A DNA stretch of 63,946 nucleotides, the filler included, from Klebsormidium nitens (taxonomy: Eukaryota; Plantae; Klebsormidiophyceae): assembly GCA_000708835.1 (NCBI GenBank). It is 7 parts of 7 records of this genome, joined end to end, with 100 filler letters (N's around TTAATTAATTAA, not from the genome) between each part and the next. Parts side by side here need not be neighbours in the genome. Positions count along the whole stretch, not along the records: positions 1 to 31,946 come from DF237747.1; 6 more parts are not named here. One strand, written 5' to 3'. Under the pieces are notes generated by a model that saw only the letters and a program-made list of their open reading frames with translations, searched no databases and was not told the origin of the DNA. Below, piece after piece: positions 1 through 12,100 of this stretch. How positions within the stretch are numbered: the stretch's first letter is position 1; each line of letters starts with the position of its first letter. The position numbers and the translations under genes were made by a program.

Positions 1-742
1 GAAAGCTAGCGCCGTTACACTTCGAACCTGGTTACGTTGACCATGGCTCCCTTAAGGATCAAGAAGCTTGGGTTTGGGCCCAACCCAAGATGGGCACAAA
101 AGCTGTCTGCAAAGGTGTTCAAAACAGACACCTTGAAGATGGTAAGGTTTACAGAAATAACCGGGTCAGGAAGCAGGAAAGCTTCGGGTTAAATGCAAAC
201 CCATGACGGGCATGACTTCGGTCGGAAACGTACTACGAACAAAGCCGGTAGACACAATCACTGGGCCTTTGGGAGGTGTCATAGAGGAGTCTCGCAAATG
301 TTGATCAGCATCAACGAATCGTAGAATCCAGATTGAAGTGCATGGGTGACAAGAAGTGTTGTGCAGGCAGCAGGACCTCCAGCAGATCTTTGCGTTTGAT
401 CTGGGAACACTGCATTCTCAATGGAGCAAGAGAATGTCATAGAAAAGTACCGCCACAAGCCCCGAACCTGTCAAAGGTCGTTGGCAAGGTGCGCATCAGC
501 TCCCTGCTTCCCCTAACATCAAAGGTGCACCTAAGATCCACAGGTCAGAAGGACCTGTCATCATGACATGTTGCTGGCTTTCTTCCGAGATGATTTAAGT
601 ACAACTGAGATATATTCCGAAGTAAAGTCAGCGAGAAAAACGGGAAACCCAGGTTGTTTTCAAAACGAGAGAAGATAACACGTCCTAGAAACGAGAACGA
701 TGAAACCGAAACGGGGAACGAACCAGAAAGCGAAGTACGCAC

Positions 743-2206
743 CTCCTCCAGATAGGGGGATCCAACTCATGCATGTACACTTTGAGTACGTAGTCCTGTT
801 TGTGTCTCAATTTGGCCTCTTTCCGTGCAGCCCGCAGCTCCGCATCTTTTCGCTCCGCCATCTGTCCAGCGAATGTGACGTCAGCACAGGGCGAGTGGGG
901 CATCAGCCCCAAACTAGCCGGGAACTAGGTGAAATCAAAGAAGATCCACCAAAGGAGGGGTCGATTTGCAGAATCGCAAGTAGCGTGGGTGCTCCATTCC
1001 TTCTCACTCTCAGTCCACAATGCCACCTGGCACCTCAGGCCGAGCGTAGGCGAAGTCGAGGACCGCCGTTCAAGGGGGTGGTGGAAACTGTGATTCTTAG
1101 ATCAGCATTTGAGTAAGAGGGCATCAGACAAGCCCACCAATGAATAGTTACATGGTCGAGCAACGAGAGAGGGGAGGAAAAAGCTCCGGTGATCCTTCAT
1201 CGACAGGGTGATTGAACCTGAGGGCGGCAATGCACTATTTGGAAACACAACCGTATGATCAGCTGGCTTTTGAACGTGGGTTCAAAAGCCAAAGGACCGG
1301 CAGGACTACGTTCGGCTCAAGATTTCATAGCCTGCAACATTGATTCCAGCTATTCGCCACAAGCAATCAATCAATGGTAGTTCGAAACAGATGCAAGTCG
1401 ACAATTGGCAGCAGGTATGCCTACTTTTTTGATGTCACTTCGGTACAACCGCGTTCTTTCACAAGTCACCGTCGAAACCCCTCTTCCAATATCACATGCG
1501 CAGCATCTTCCCCCCTATGATTCACGTAAAGGAGTCACCCTCAAAGGAAAGTCATCGCTTTTAAGGCATCACAGCTGTACTTGTGTCGGAAGCCCCACCT
1601 TTTTGCAAAACTGCACCTCGGGCGTGTCGCGCCCATGGTAGATCCCCTGCGCTCTCATTCTCCGCATTGTCTTAGCCATCATCAATTTCATCGACGCCCC
1701 GTCCTCCTCCTCCTCTCCCTCGTCTTCAAACTCATCAATCCCCCACGGCCCCGGAACTTTCAACGGCGTCTGCCAAGTGGCAGGGTTTTCCTCTCTGACA
1801 ACCCTCGGGACGGTGCTGATGTCATCACGGGGATCAATGTCAACGTACGGCCCACCGCGGTCCCGCCGGGGGACTGACGTTGGTCTTTCGCATTTCTGTG
1901 AGGGCGTTGCGCCGCCATCTTCTGCAGGGCCCCCTTTGCTCCCTGAGCCTGGGGCTGCAGTTGAGGGCCCTGTTTTTGAAGGCAGGTTCTTGGCGTCTTC
2001 CTTGGTTTGAGGATCCTGCGCCTCTTCATCATCTGTCTCCCAGCTTCCTTCCGAGCCGCCTTCTTCATTCTCACCACCTTCTCCTTCTGCGTCTGAGTCA
2101 TCCGACTGCGTCCGAATCCTCATCTGCACTCCCTGATGAGCAGGAGTCAGCATCAGTAAGTTCTGCCTTCTTACCTGGGACAATCGTCCCTGCTTTCATC
2201 ATCTGA
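743..2206 (-). CDS. Spliced gene (partial model): acidic low-complexity N-terminus plus pRiA4b-ORF3-like domain; continues toward position 1 and may be degenerate
   Basis: Exon 861-743 (cag|ATG...AG|gtgcgt) encodes YVLKVYMHELDPPIWR, resembling the YxLKIxLxxxxPPIWRR start of the pRiA4b ORF3 domain. The upstream acidic ORF 2183-1569 has a donor after DTPE and an apparent frameshift near 2110. A degraded PILGW motif lies near 70-100. Confidence 0.4.
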
Positions 2207-2898
2207 GACGTCCAGCTTGTCCCACTTTGAGTAGTCAACCATGTTGCCAAACCCCAAAGATGAAGCCGCAGGACCAGATGCGCAAGCTACCTTGCAAATG
2301 CCGTCAACTGGCCTGCGAACAATAAGATCCAGCAAGTGGAAGACGAAGATTGTCCTAAAACATACGGTACGTGCCCATCAGTATTTTAAAGTTTAACGAT
2401 CAGCATGGCGCTCTGTGCACAATGCTGCCTTGACTTGGATGCAGTCAGGAAAGGATCCATGATCGTGCAAGACATGTCCAGAATTGTGTCAAGCAGACCT
2501 CTTTAACCGGCTGTACCAGCGATGATTATGAAAGAAACGGCAGCAATTTTGGCGGAAACCGTCCCTTTCAGTGGCAGACTGGCGGTTTACCATGAACACT
2601 TGTATTGACACTACTGTATCACAGAGCTCCCAAATTTGTAGATCCGCAACCAGGATCTGCTGAGCCCTTGAAGTTGAACACTAGCCTCGGGCATGTTCAT
2701 GCAATCCCTTTCTTGCTTTCCCAGCAGGACTTCCCCTTCATGAGCAGACTTTTTGTGCAGTACAGTAGGTAGTTCAGCTTTTACTGCCAAAAGTTTCAGC
2801 TTGCGGAGGACCAAAGTGCCTGCTGACAGTCCAGTCCTCTGGTGTTGTATTGACGCCTTCTGTCAGCTCAGCATTGCCTCTGATATTGTTGGTACCTT

Positions 2899-4885
2899 AT
2901 GGCTGGAACCCCAGAAGCACACCCTTACCTGGATTCCCCAATACATGAGTATCTTGGGATCCAGTATCTGAAGACAACACCAGAGCTGGTGACAGCGCGC
3001 ATGAAAGTGACCGAGAGAAATCGCCAGCCAGATAATCTGTTGCATGGAGGTAGGCCAAAAAAGTCGATGTGCTTGAGAGTTGGAAGATCCGCGTTCATTG
3101 CTGCGACTTGTACTCTTGAACTATGAGTTGCTGAATGCTGTTTTGAATTGTCTTTTGCTTTGCTGATTTGGCTTGCAATTGCAGCATGCTGTGGCTCCTG
3201 AGTTCCTGAATTGAAATGATTCGTAGTGGCGTAGTGTGGGGAACAGGAGGCCTTGCTTAACCTTCAAAGTTGTGTCGGGAGGAGTATCCCAGCTTTTCCT
3301 TCTCCTGCTGCTAATGCTGGTAATTCTCACCAATGTACAGGAGTCTCTGTTCTTCTGGCAGAGGGCCTAGTCAGGTGAGCCTCTGAGCTTCCCTTCTCTC
3401 ATGCAACAAGCTGAGCTGTAAATGAAAGCTCAGTCTGTTCTTCGTTGAAGCTCGAAATGGATGCCGCCTGAAGATACTTCTTCAGGGCCTACTTGAGATA
3501 AAAAGCCTTCGTCTCAGACAAATATCTAATGCAGAGAGCACTTTACCAGGTTCCTGTAGTTCTGCATGCATCCACACCCAGATGCTGCCACCAACATTAC
3601 AAAGGTGGAAGCTTTTGATCAATTGAGACTGCATATCAACAGAGAAGCTAGCGTCCATCATTCTACATCAAACGCGGTCCTTCAATCCTATAACTAAAGG
3701 ACACCGCACCAAAACTACAGTCCCTGGAAGTTGGGCCACCATACTCTACAGGCAGGGAGCCTACTTAGCTCGCAAACTCTGATGTTCAAGTTCCACAAAG
3801 TCGTGCTACAATCTCAAGGCAGGCACTGTCTTCACCCGAGCTGATTGTTTTCTACATCTTGGTGCCTGCTTGGCGTAGGAGGTGCTCAGAAACGCTGAAC
3901 TTCCTGCTGTGCCTCTGACCGCAGCAAAACCAGGCCCCCCAGCCTCGGGTTAATCACTCCTCTCATATCACAAATTCAAAGGCTACAAGCTCTCCTTGCC
4001 CAGCCTCTCCTGACAAGTGTGTTGGGTGCAGTCGAGGGGCGCGTGCAACTGGTGCTCATGCGGTGGGTGTTGAGATCAACGCTAATCATGTGAGAGGCGC
4101 GCCTGTTGGGAGCACCGTCTACGCTGAGGGCCGACCCCTGAAGGCGGGCCGAAGCCTGCAGGTAACCCCTTCGTCGGTAGCGGAAGGTTTCGCAAAAATC
4201 GATTCAGTACAATGATGAGTGTGGTTATTGTTCAAACGAGACCATGGCCTGGCATGTCCAAACTGATCTGGTTGGCTCCACAATCGTCACTCGAAGTCAC
4301 GAGGTTCAACGATGTGGGGGTTCGTCACCTGGAGCTGAAAGTTGAATCCTTAGCCCCTTTCTATGAGAGGTTGTGGGACGTGCACTTTATTTGCATTGAA
4401 GACATCACAACTTCGAAACGGTCTGAAAGATGATTGGAAAGGGAGCAGCACTCTCGACGTTGTTCGTTCAAATGGTTTTGTGTCTATTCGAGATCCCTTT
4501 TATGCGAACACTCTTCTGGTCGCAAAACTGTCTGATGCATATCAGCAAGCGTCCCTGTCAGACCATAGTGAAGGTCTCGATACATACGCCTCGACATCCT
4601 CCTTCTGATGGCGCTTGTTGCCTTGCTCTTGATATCTTCAATCAGAAAGAATGTGCAGGATGATGTGCGTGCTCTTGCACTTGCCTTTTCAATCCTGACT
4701 CAAAACCGTTCTTGCAGGTGTGGGAAGTTCGTCTCTACATGGAGCCTCAGAATAAGGTAGACGACTCTGACATTGCCAAATTCGGAAAGCTCGTCTGCGT
4801 CTCCCGGTGTACCCTAGGAGTCAATTTGGGTCAGAAGCCTCCAAAAGAGGCACCTGAAATGTCGCATAAGCTCGCTAAGCTGTAA
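2899..4885 (+). CDS. DHNAT: Peroxisomal hotdog-fold 1,4-dihydroxy-2-naphthoyl-CoA thioesterase (PaaI-like), 4 exons
   Basis: Exons 2899-3049, 3341-3374, 4032-4161 and 4718-4885, all GT-AG and in phase. Motifs QPDNLLHGGVSVLLAE, VGVEINANHVR and SLQVWEVR; the C-terminus is AKL* (PTS1). Confidence 0.85.
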
Positions 4886-5797
4886 AGCCTGACCGTTGGT
4901 GCACTGACCCAAGTTGCAACAATGGTATCACTGTATGCACGCGCAGAACACGCTACAACTGAGAAAACATGGACGAACTATTGCTTGCAAATATTCGAAA
5001 AGTTACAAAGTCCATGTTTCTTGTACTCGCTGTTCGTTTGCTCTCCCCAAGTTGCTCTCACCGTGAGCTGGTGCCGAGCACCAGAGAACTACTCCGGCCA
5101 GATCGAAGTCTCAGTTCTTTCCACCATCTGGCGGTCATTTCTCGAGTCACCCATCAAAAATTGATTCAAAGCATGACTTGTAGCTTCGGTTCTCCGGATC
5201 AATATAAAAGCTACGATTCCCGAAATCATGGCGTTTTACAGTAATTTGCTGATGTATATATCACATGAGCTCTAGTGGCGGGTCCTACTCAATCCAGCTG
5301 GCACGCTATACATATGATGCTATTGCGTGCGCCGCGATGTAGACACACTGATGCCTTGCCCGCGCGGCCCCTCAGTGCACAATTAGGTGGAGCTTATAAG
5401 ACAATGTTGGATCGCGCAACCACAAGGATCATGGGACGGCGCAGCATCATGCATCACATTTAGCAATTGCGTGACAATCTGTCGCGTCCAGTGAACCGTC
5501 CAAGGAGAAAATGGATCTAGGAAGTACTTCGTCACTTGCAAGGATGTGCACGGAGTTTTTTAGGCAACCGGCTCATCCATTCACCAGACCGTTCTGTCCT
5601 GCTTGAAAAAACGTCAGATGGCGGCATTTGTTGCAATTCGAATATGTGTAAGCGCATCCTTCTCCCCCATCCTAGGTCTCACTGTGTCCTCAGGCCTATA
5701 TAACGTTTTGAAGCCCGATGAAAAAGCTTCTTATCCCCAGCCTTGCGACCCTTCGGCTAACCTACCGTCTTCTCCTCGTTCTGCTCAACTTTGCCTC

Positions 5798-7915
5798 CTA
5801 ACTCGGGCCAGACTTCTCAAGCTCGATAGCGGCACTTTTTTCAGCCTCGTTCATAATACCGTCTCTTCTTCCCTCTTCGTCCTTCTCAACTTCCACCTTT
5901 GCACCGCTACGTTCGCCCTCAGCAGTCAGCTTCTCCGGCCCCTGCCCGTCTTCCCTCCTTTCAGAACCCATCTCTTCATCCCGACGGCCCTTCTCCGCAT
6001 GCTGACTCTCACCAGTCCCGTCCGCTTCGCTCCGCACTCCTTCCTCACTTCCACCCCCAGTTTCGCCAGCAGAAGGAACCCCCACCTCTTCGCCTTCAGC
6101 CCCACTGTCCGCCGCCGTTGTCTCGCAACCCGCAGCTTCTCGCCCTTCTCCATGTTTCACATCCCCTTCAGGACCGTCCTCGTTTTCTTTCATTGCATCT
6201 AGTGCAATCACTTGCGAAAGAGCCCTCGCTTCGACCTTGGCAGCGTCCCCCTCTTCGACTAAGCCCGTCGCCACCAGCGAGTCCGCTATCTCACCGGCCG
6301 TCGACTTTTCCCCCCCGTTACTACCAACGTCGGCGTCTGCGCCCGCTCGTGTCATCCCCCCCTCTGCAACGAGTTCCTTCCCCACCCCTTCGGAATTCCC
6401 CACTGCATCGTTTCCGTCTGCAACAGCACCCGCTTGCATGCCCCGTTCATCGTCGGCTTCTCCCTCCCCGGCTCCCTCGAGATCCTTCAGTGCATCCGTG
6501 ATAGCCTTATCCTCATCTCCTTCTGCAGCGGCAGTGCCCGGTTTTTCTCCCCCGACCTGCTCCCCAGGGGCTGTCCCTGCCCCGTCCCCCTCGGTTCGTT
6601 CGACCGGGCCACCATCGTCCACCAGATCGACCTGCATCTCATCGACAGCGACCGGCCGTCCTTCTTCCGGCAGAGCCCCCTCTACCCCTTCATTCGGGCG
6701 TTCGGCTTCAGTAACTGGAGTTGGTGTGTCCGCATTGCGTGCCAACTCAAGCCCTGGGGCCTCCATTGTTTGTTGCGCCTCTTTCTCAGCCCGGGCTTGA
6801 GCGTTTACTATGTCCAGCTGGCAGAAGCAAAGGCGCCGATCATTCTCTGATCCTGGCTGGTGAATCTCTTCCTATGGCAGACGACATTGACAAACAGAGC
6901 GTGGTGCGCTGCTTGACAATAATTACTTGCTGCTGTTCAGGGCGTGTTAGGAACGTCCAGGTACTTAAAAAATCTGTAGATATGAGCACTGGAAAAACTC
7001 GCTCACAGATTTGCGTCACAGAAGGTGCTACACTGTTCAAATCTGAAAACGAGTATCTCAGACTGGTCCACCCTTTTTGCATCCACTGACTTGACTGAGC
7101 CAATCGAGCGGTTTGTTGATGCCACCTTTTTGAAGGCTTCCCTATGCCAGTTCCAAGAGTCCACAAGCTTTCTGCCGAGCGGTGTCCATGCAAGGGACTT
7201 ACCGGCAGGAATCGGTACTTGCGAGCAGGCAAGTCTTCGGGTTCATCTTCCCTGTCGCCTGCGAAATTGATTGTTGAATTAAGCTCGATTGCAAGCTTCT
7301 TCGATACTTGTCGGAATAGCATGCCTCTGTACGACCCATCTTTCAACAACAAGCATCGGAACCAACACAATATTGACAAGCAAACGTTCGAGCAGACTTC
7401 GATCACATTGAGCCTTGACACTTATCATAGATTATGCGCAAATGGTACGGCAGATCACCTTCTCCTTGCAAATATTGCAGCAACCTTCAGAGCAAAGGGG
7501 TGCAGCCCGGCTCTACATTCCTCACAGGATTTCATTCTACCAGAAACTATAACTTGGAAAAAAGCTTTCGCCCCCACCATGAACGACAGCGTCCAACAGC
7601 ATCATACTTGAGCAACACAATGGAAGTAACATTGATAAGCAGGAAGCAAGGGACCGCCCTATATGCTCGGTGCACTCGGTACCCAACTTCCAAAACCTCG
7701 AATCTGACGCCACCATTTGACGGCACTGCACAAGCTGCTAAGCAAGGCTGGCAAGCGGACGCACCTGAGACTGGCAGCCACTTGAACACTTGCAGCTTCT
7801 CCGAGGTACCCGACTTGGTCCATGTCTTCTGCCACTTTCGCACCCTCCCAGAGAATTGTACCGCTGGCCCATGCCGTGAGGATGACCGGCTGCCCATGCG
7901 TGTCGCTGTCTCCAT
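5798..7915 (-). CDS. BDH: BCL7-domain homolog (plant BDH-type SWI/SNF subunit) with long acidic tail, 3 exons
   Basis: Exons 7915-7765, 7258-7203 and 6817-5798 are phase-compatible. METATRMGSRSSSRHGPAVQFSGRVRKWQKTW...LQVFKWLPV matches the BCL7/BDH N-terminus; EDLPARKYRFLP matches the second plant BDH motif. Confidence 0.8.
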
Positions 7916-9120
7916 TTTGTCTGTCTAGTTTTCCTTCCGCTTGCTGCTTTGTGCTTACTAATATGTCCTCCTTGGTAGCACTACACTGAAGTTGTGGCTT
8001 TAGCCCCTTTGCTGCTGGCAGATCTCTGAGCAAGATCACTACTCTGCTCCTCGCTCTTCCACGAGGAAAGGATGAGCGAACGACCCCTCAAAGACTCGAA
8101 CACCCCCCTTCACCTGTGGACAGGAGTGGACACTTCTGATCCAACAACCACGAGGAAGACGAATGAGCACAGAAACTATCTACAGATCAGACGGGGAAAA
8201 GGCTCCACAAGTCACTCAGAATTGCTGTAGAAGTGCCTAAAGCGTCAATGCAAGCCCCTTATTCCACGGTCATGTTTGAGGCCGCCATAACTCTTGTATC
8301 CCACGTGATGTCCACTAATGGACGCGGCAGCCACACCTTCGCTGATCAGAAGAAAAGCCCTTCTGTTCTGATTGAGAAAGCGGTTCGAGTGGTCAAGGCT
8401 TCCTATCGCCGTGTTTTCCCACAGATTAGCGCCCCCCTTCTTACCAGCGAAGTAGGCAAAAAAAATTCCACAAATACAAGAACAAGCAGGTGACGGGCTG
8501 CTTTGCAGTTTATGCAGGTGATCAGTGAACCCCCAAACTTAAAGCGCTAGATTCACAATCTGGCATCCCCCTTCCATGCGCGACCATCCGGCGTCAATGC
8601 AGCGCCAGGTTTGAAAGTTGCGGTTTAGAGGCTAGAGGCTGCTTGTCCGATTTGAACTTCATGTGCCACTTGCCGCCCGATAGTTCATCTGAGCCGTCCG
8701 ATCTCATTAGGTTTACAGTAGCTTTAGATGGGTTACTACCGGTAGTCAGAGACAGTGTCTCTAGAGAGGGAGTGCATGCTGTTCATCCGTGCTGAACTGT
8801 TCATGAACAGCCTGCTGATCAACAGTGAAGGAGAGAAGTCGTGAAAGCAACAGCCAACAGGAGAAAACCTGTGAGTGGGGACGTCAGGAGGACACTGAGA
8901 ACATCCGGGTGCGTTGCTTGATTGTTTGCATCTGTCTGGCATCAGTGCAGGTTCCAGCACGCTGCAATGCCAGCAGAGTAGATTTGTTCAGTACAATTGC
9001 ATCACATTGGAACGCACACCACTCACATCCCACAAGTTGACAGAACTGATTTGCGAAACTTTGCTATACTTTAGTTCTGCCTTTGCCAGAGCTTAATACA
9101 GGTTCTTCCACTGATTTAGA

Positions 9121-12100
9121 ATGGCTGCGGGAGTTGCGATGGCCACGGTCGATGGCTTGCACGACGATCATGCTCCTACAGCAAACGTGAAGGCTGGGGA
9201 GCAGCGCATCCTAGATGGTATTACTGAGGTATGCCGCAGAGTACCACCTGGAGCGCACTGCATTGTCCTGTACTTCTGCATTGCCGCAAATTCAGGCCAA
9301 GTATATGGTTACGGATTACCACCATTGCAGCGAAGACCAACTTTTACTTCGAGTGTAAAAGGTGCTGTCACCAGCTGCTTACGCTACCCAGTGAGGCCTA
9401 CCGATCCAGAGCCAGAATACTAAAATGACAGTGGATAGTCATGCATTTTGTGAGACCGACGCACCCACTGAGCAGTTCTTAGCAAGTTCCTTCTTTCACA
9501 ATCACCACGGTCAAGGTGTACTACACATCAGGACCCAAACTGGGACAAAACCAGAATTATTTCGAAGACCAGCTCTATTGCAAAAGTCCGCTTCTGAATG
9601 ACCATATGGGCCGAAGAATTGGCTCCAGTTTACAACGTGAAGGCTCGCTTGTTCTGAGCACGATAAATCTGGACATAATCACAAGTGCCCTTCTTCAGCT
9701 TTCTTTCTCGCTTCCTGACTTGAAAAGTGGCCTTCAAACGTGTCTCAATTGTTTGTTCACGCAGATGGTTGGGAACACGCCATTGGTGCGCTTGAAGCGG
9801 CTGACGGAGGGCGCCTATGGCGAAGTGTTGGTCAAGCTGGAGTTCCAGAATCCTGCGGGAAAGCGTCAAGGATAGGTGGGACATCTAACCCCTGAATGTA
9901 TAAGCTTGGGTCATTTGGCATAGCGCAGATATCCAAGCTCCACTGTGTGAAGAAGCACTTAACATAACCATATAAAAGCAAGGGTTAGTGAGTTTTTCTT
10001 AAAGGTCCTCCCCCTGCGCGCCGATTGAGGAGCCTTCTCATCCAGTCTTAATCGGAATGAAAACACGCAAGCTGTGTTGCAACTTATTCCGACCTTTGCT
10101 CTTGAATCGATCAGACGCTCAGGAAGGGTACAAGCCTGGAGGGCTTCTTCCACCTGCATAGCAATAACAAAGAGCTGCATCTTTGCAGGATTGCAAAGGG
10201 CATGATCGAGGAAGCGGAGCAGAAAGGGGAGCTTATTCCTGGGAAAGTGAGGCTTTTTTATCGGAGGCTTTTTATCTGCAGCTACTTTGTTCCGCTTTCT
10301 GTTTGTATGGAGCATCCAGATTGGATCAAGCACTCTGGTAACATACAATAAGTACACAGGTGATGCTAGATATTTCCTACGAGTACATGGACTGTAACAT
10401 GTCCTGTTAAGGACGTTGTGCAAAGATTGTATTCATCCCAGCGATCCACTTTCTGCCGATTTCTGGCAGTCTAGAGGACCGGGGCAAGATGAAGAAGTGG
10501 CCTAACTTGGACATTCAATTTCCGGTTATCGAGAATGTTATTAGTTCATCATTTTCCAAGATGTGCTATCTCAACGTCATCTCATCATGATCTACTTTCA
10601 GAATCTGGTAGTGGGTTCACGGACGCGCTCCGAGCAGGTTCCAGAGAGTAAAACTACTCTCAGGATGCCTAATCTTCCAACTCTCGAAGGTTTGCGCCAG
10701 ACACTTTGCTCTTACGCAGGCTTCTCGCAAGGATAACGAGCAGGGTCAAAACTTGGGACATTTCATCTTTGTACTGGAAATTTAGTTGTCCCACGGTTGT
10801 GCAGTAGTCTTTCGTAATCTGGTGTGGAGGGCTTCTCGAAGGGACCTCTTGAATGGAGATACTTGTTTGTCGTTTCATGTTCGTAACTATCTTTCCGTTG
10901 TTTTGTTTCTCTTTCAAAAGGATAGAATGTCTCTGTGCTGCAGAGCGTGATTGTCGAGGGCACGAGCGGGAACACCGGCATCGGCTTCGCTGCGATGGCG
11001 TGCGCCAAGGGTTACCGGCTGATCCTCGTGATGCCAAACTCTGTCAGCCTCGAGCGGCGCTTCATCATTCGATCCTACGGAGCAGGTGAAGCCCTAGAAA
11101 TTCTCCTTTCCCTATCTTTCCTTTCGGTTGTGCCATTGAAGTTGCTTTCAGTTGCTTTTACTGAGATTAAGAAAGCTGATAAAGCCGGGGAGGGGAAAGG
11201 AGAAAGTCGAAGCCCGTTTTTTCAGTCGTTTGTGAGTATGCCACAATCGTTTGTGGGTGTGCCACAGCGACCCATTGGCCCACTTCGACGGTTTCTGGTC
11301 GCCGAGGCGTAACGGGTCTCAGGACGTCCTCTTTAACCGCCAAGGTTCGATGGTGACGGAGGTTGTGCGCAGACATACGGAACTGTTGGGTGTTCATAGG
11401 ACGCAGAACATTCAATCGGCACAAACTGAAAAGGGCGCTTTCAGCCGCGATCCGCTTAAAAGAGTCAGCGCTGTTGATGTCAGACGTTTCCTAAGACGCA
11501 TGATAATGGTTTGAGCGGGCTCTGGAAGTACAGAGCTGGTGCTGAATGACGTTACTTCGATGATGGTGTTAACGGACACTTTTGTCGACGCACAGAGTTG
11601 GTGTTGTGAGTTTTCTTGGACGATTGATATTGGTGTGAAAGGACTCTTGAAGTACAGAGCTGGTGCTGACGGGACAATACTTAGATGATGGTGTTAACGG
11701 GCTCTTTTGTCGCAGCGCAGAGCTGGTGTGTGAGACGTTTTCTTAGATGCATGATAATGGTGTGAACGGGCTCTCGATGCACCGAGCTGGTGCTGTTGGG
11801 CGTTTCTTAGACGCATGATGATGGTGTGAACGGGTTCTTGAAGTACAGAGCTGGTGCTGCCGGACGTTACTTAGTTAATGGTACGAACGGACTCTTTTGT
11901 CGACGCACAGCGTTGGTGCTGTTGGGCGTTTCTTTGACGCATGATGGTGGTGTGAACGGGCTCTTTCTTCGACGCACAGAAGCTGGTGCTGATGGATGTT
12001 TCTTAGACGCAGATAATGGTGTTAACGGGCTCCTTCTCTGAAGTACAGAGCTGGTGCTAACGGACGTTTCTAAAACACAAAACACTTGGTGTGAACAGAT

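Noticed and set aside
5603-6850. Several 138-200 aa plus-strand ORFs
   Set aside because: Antisense shadows of the low-complexity acidic BDH exon.
9857-9863. G-GGA-AAG slippery heptamer suggesting programmed -1 frameshifting in cysteine synthase
   Set aside because: Restoring SVKDR needs a +1 shift, not -1; a homopolymer error is simpler.
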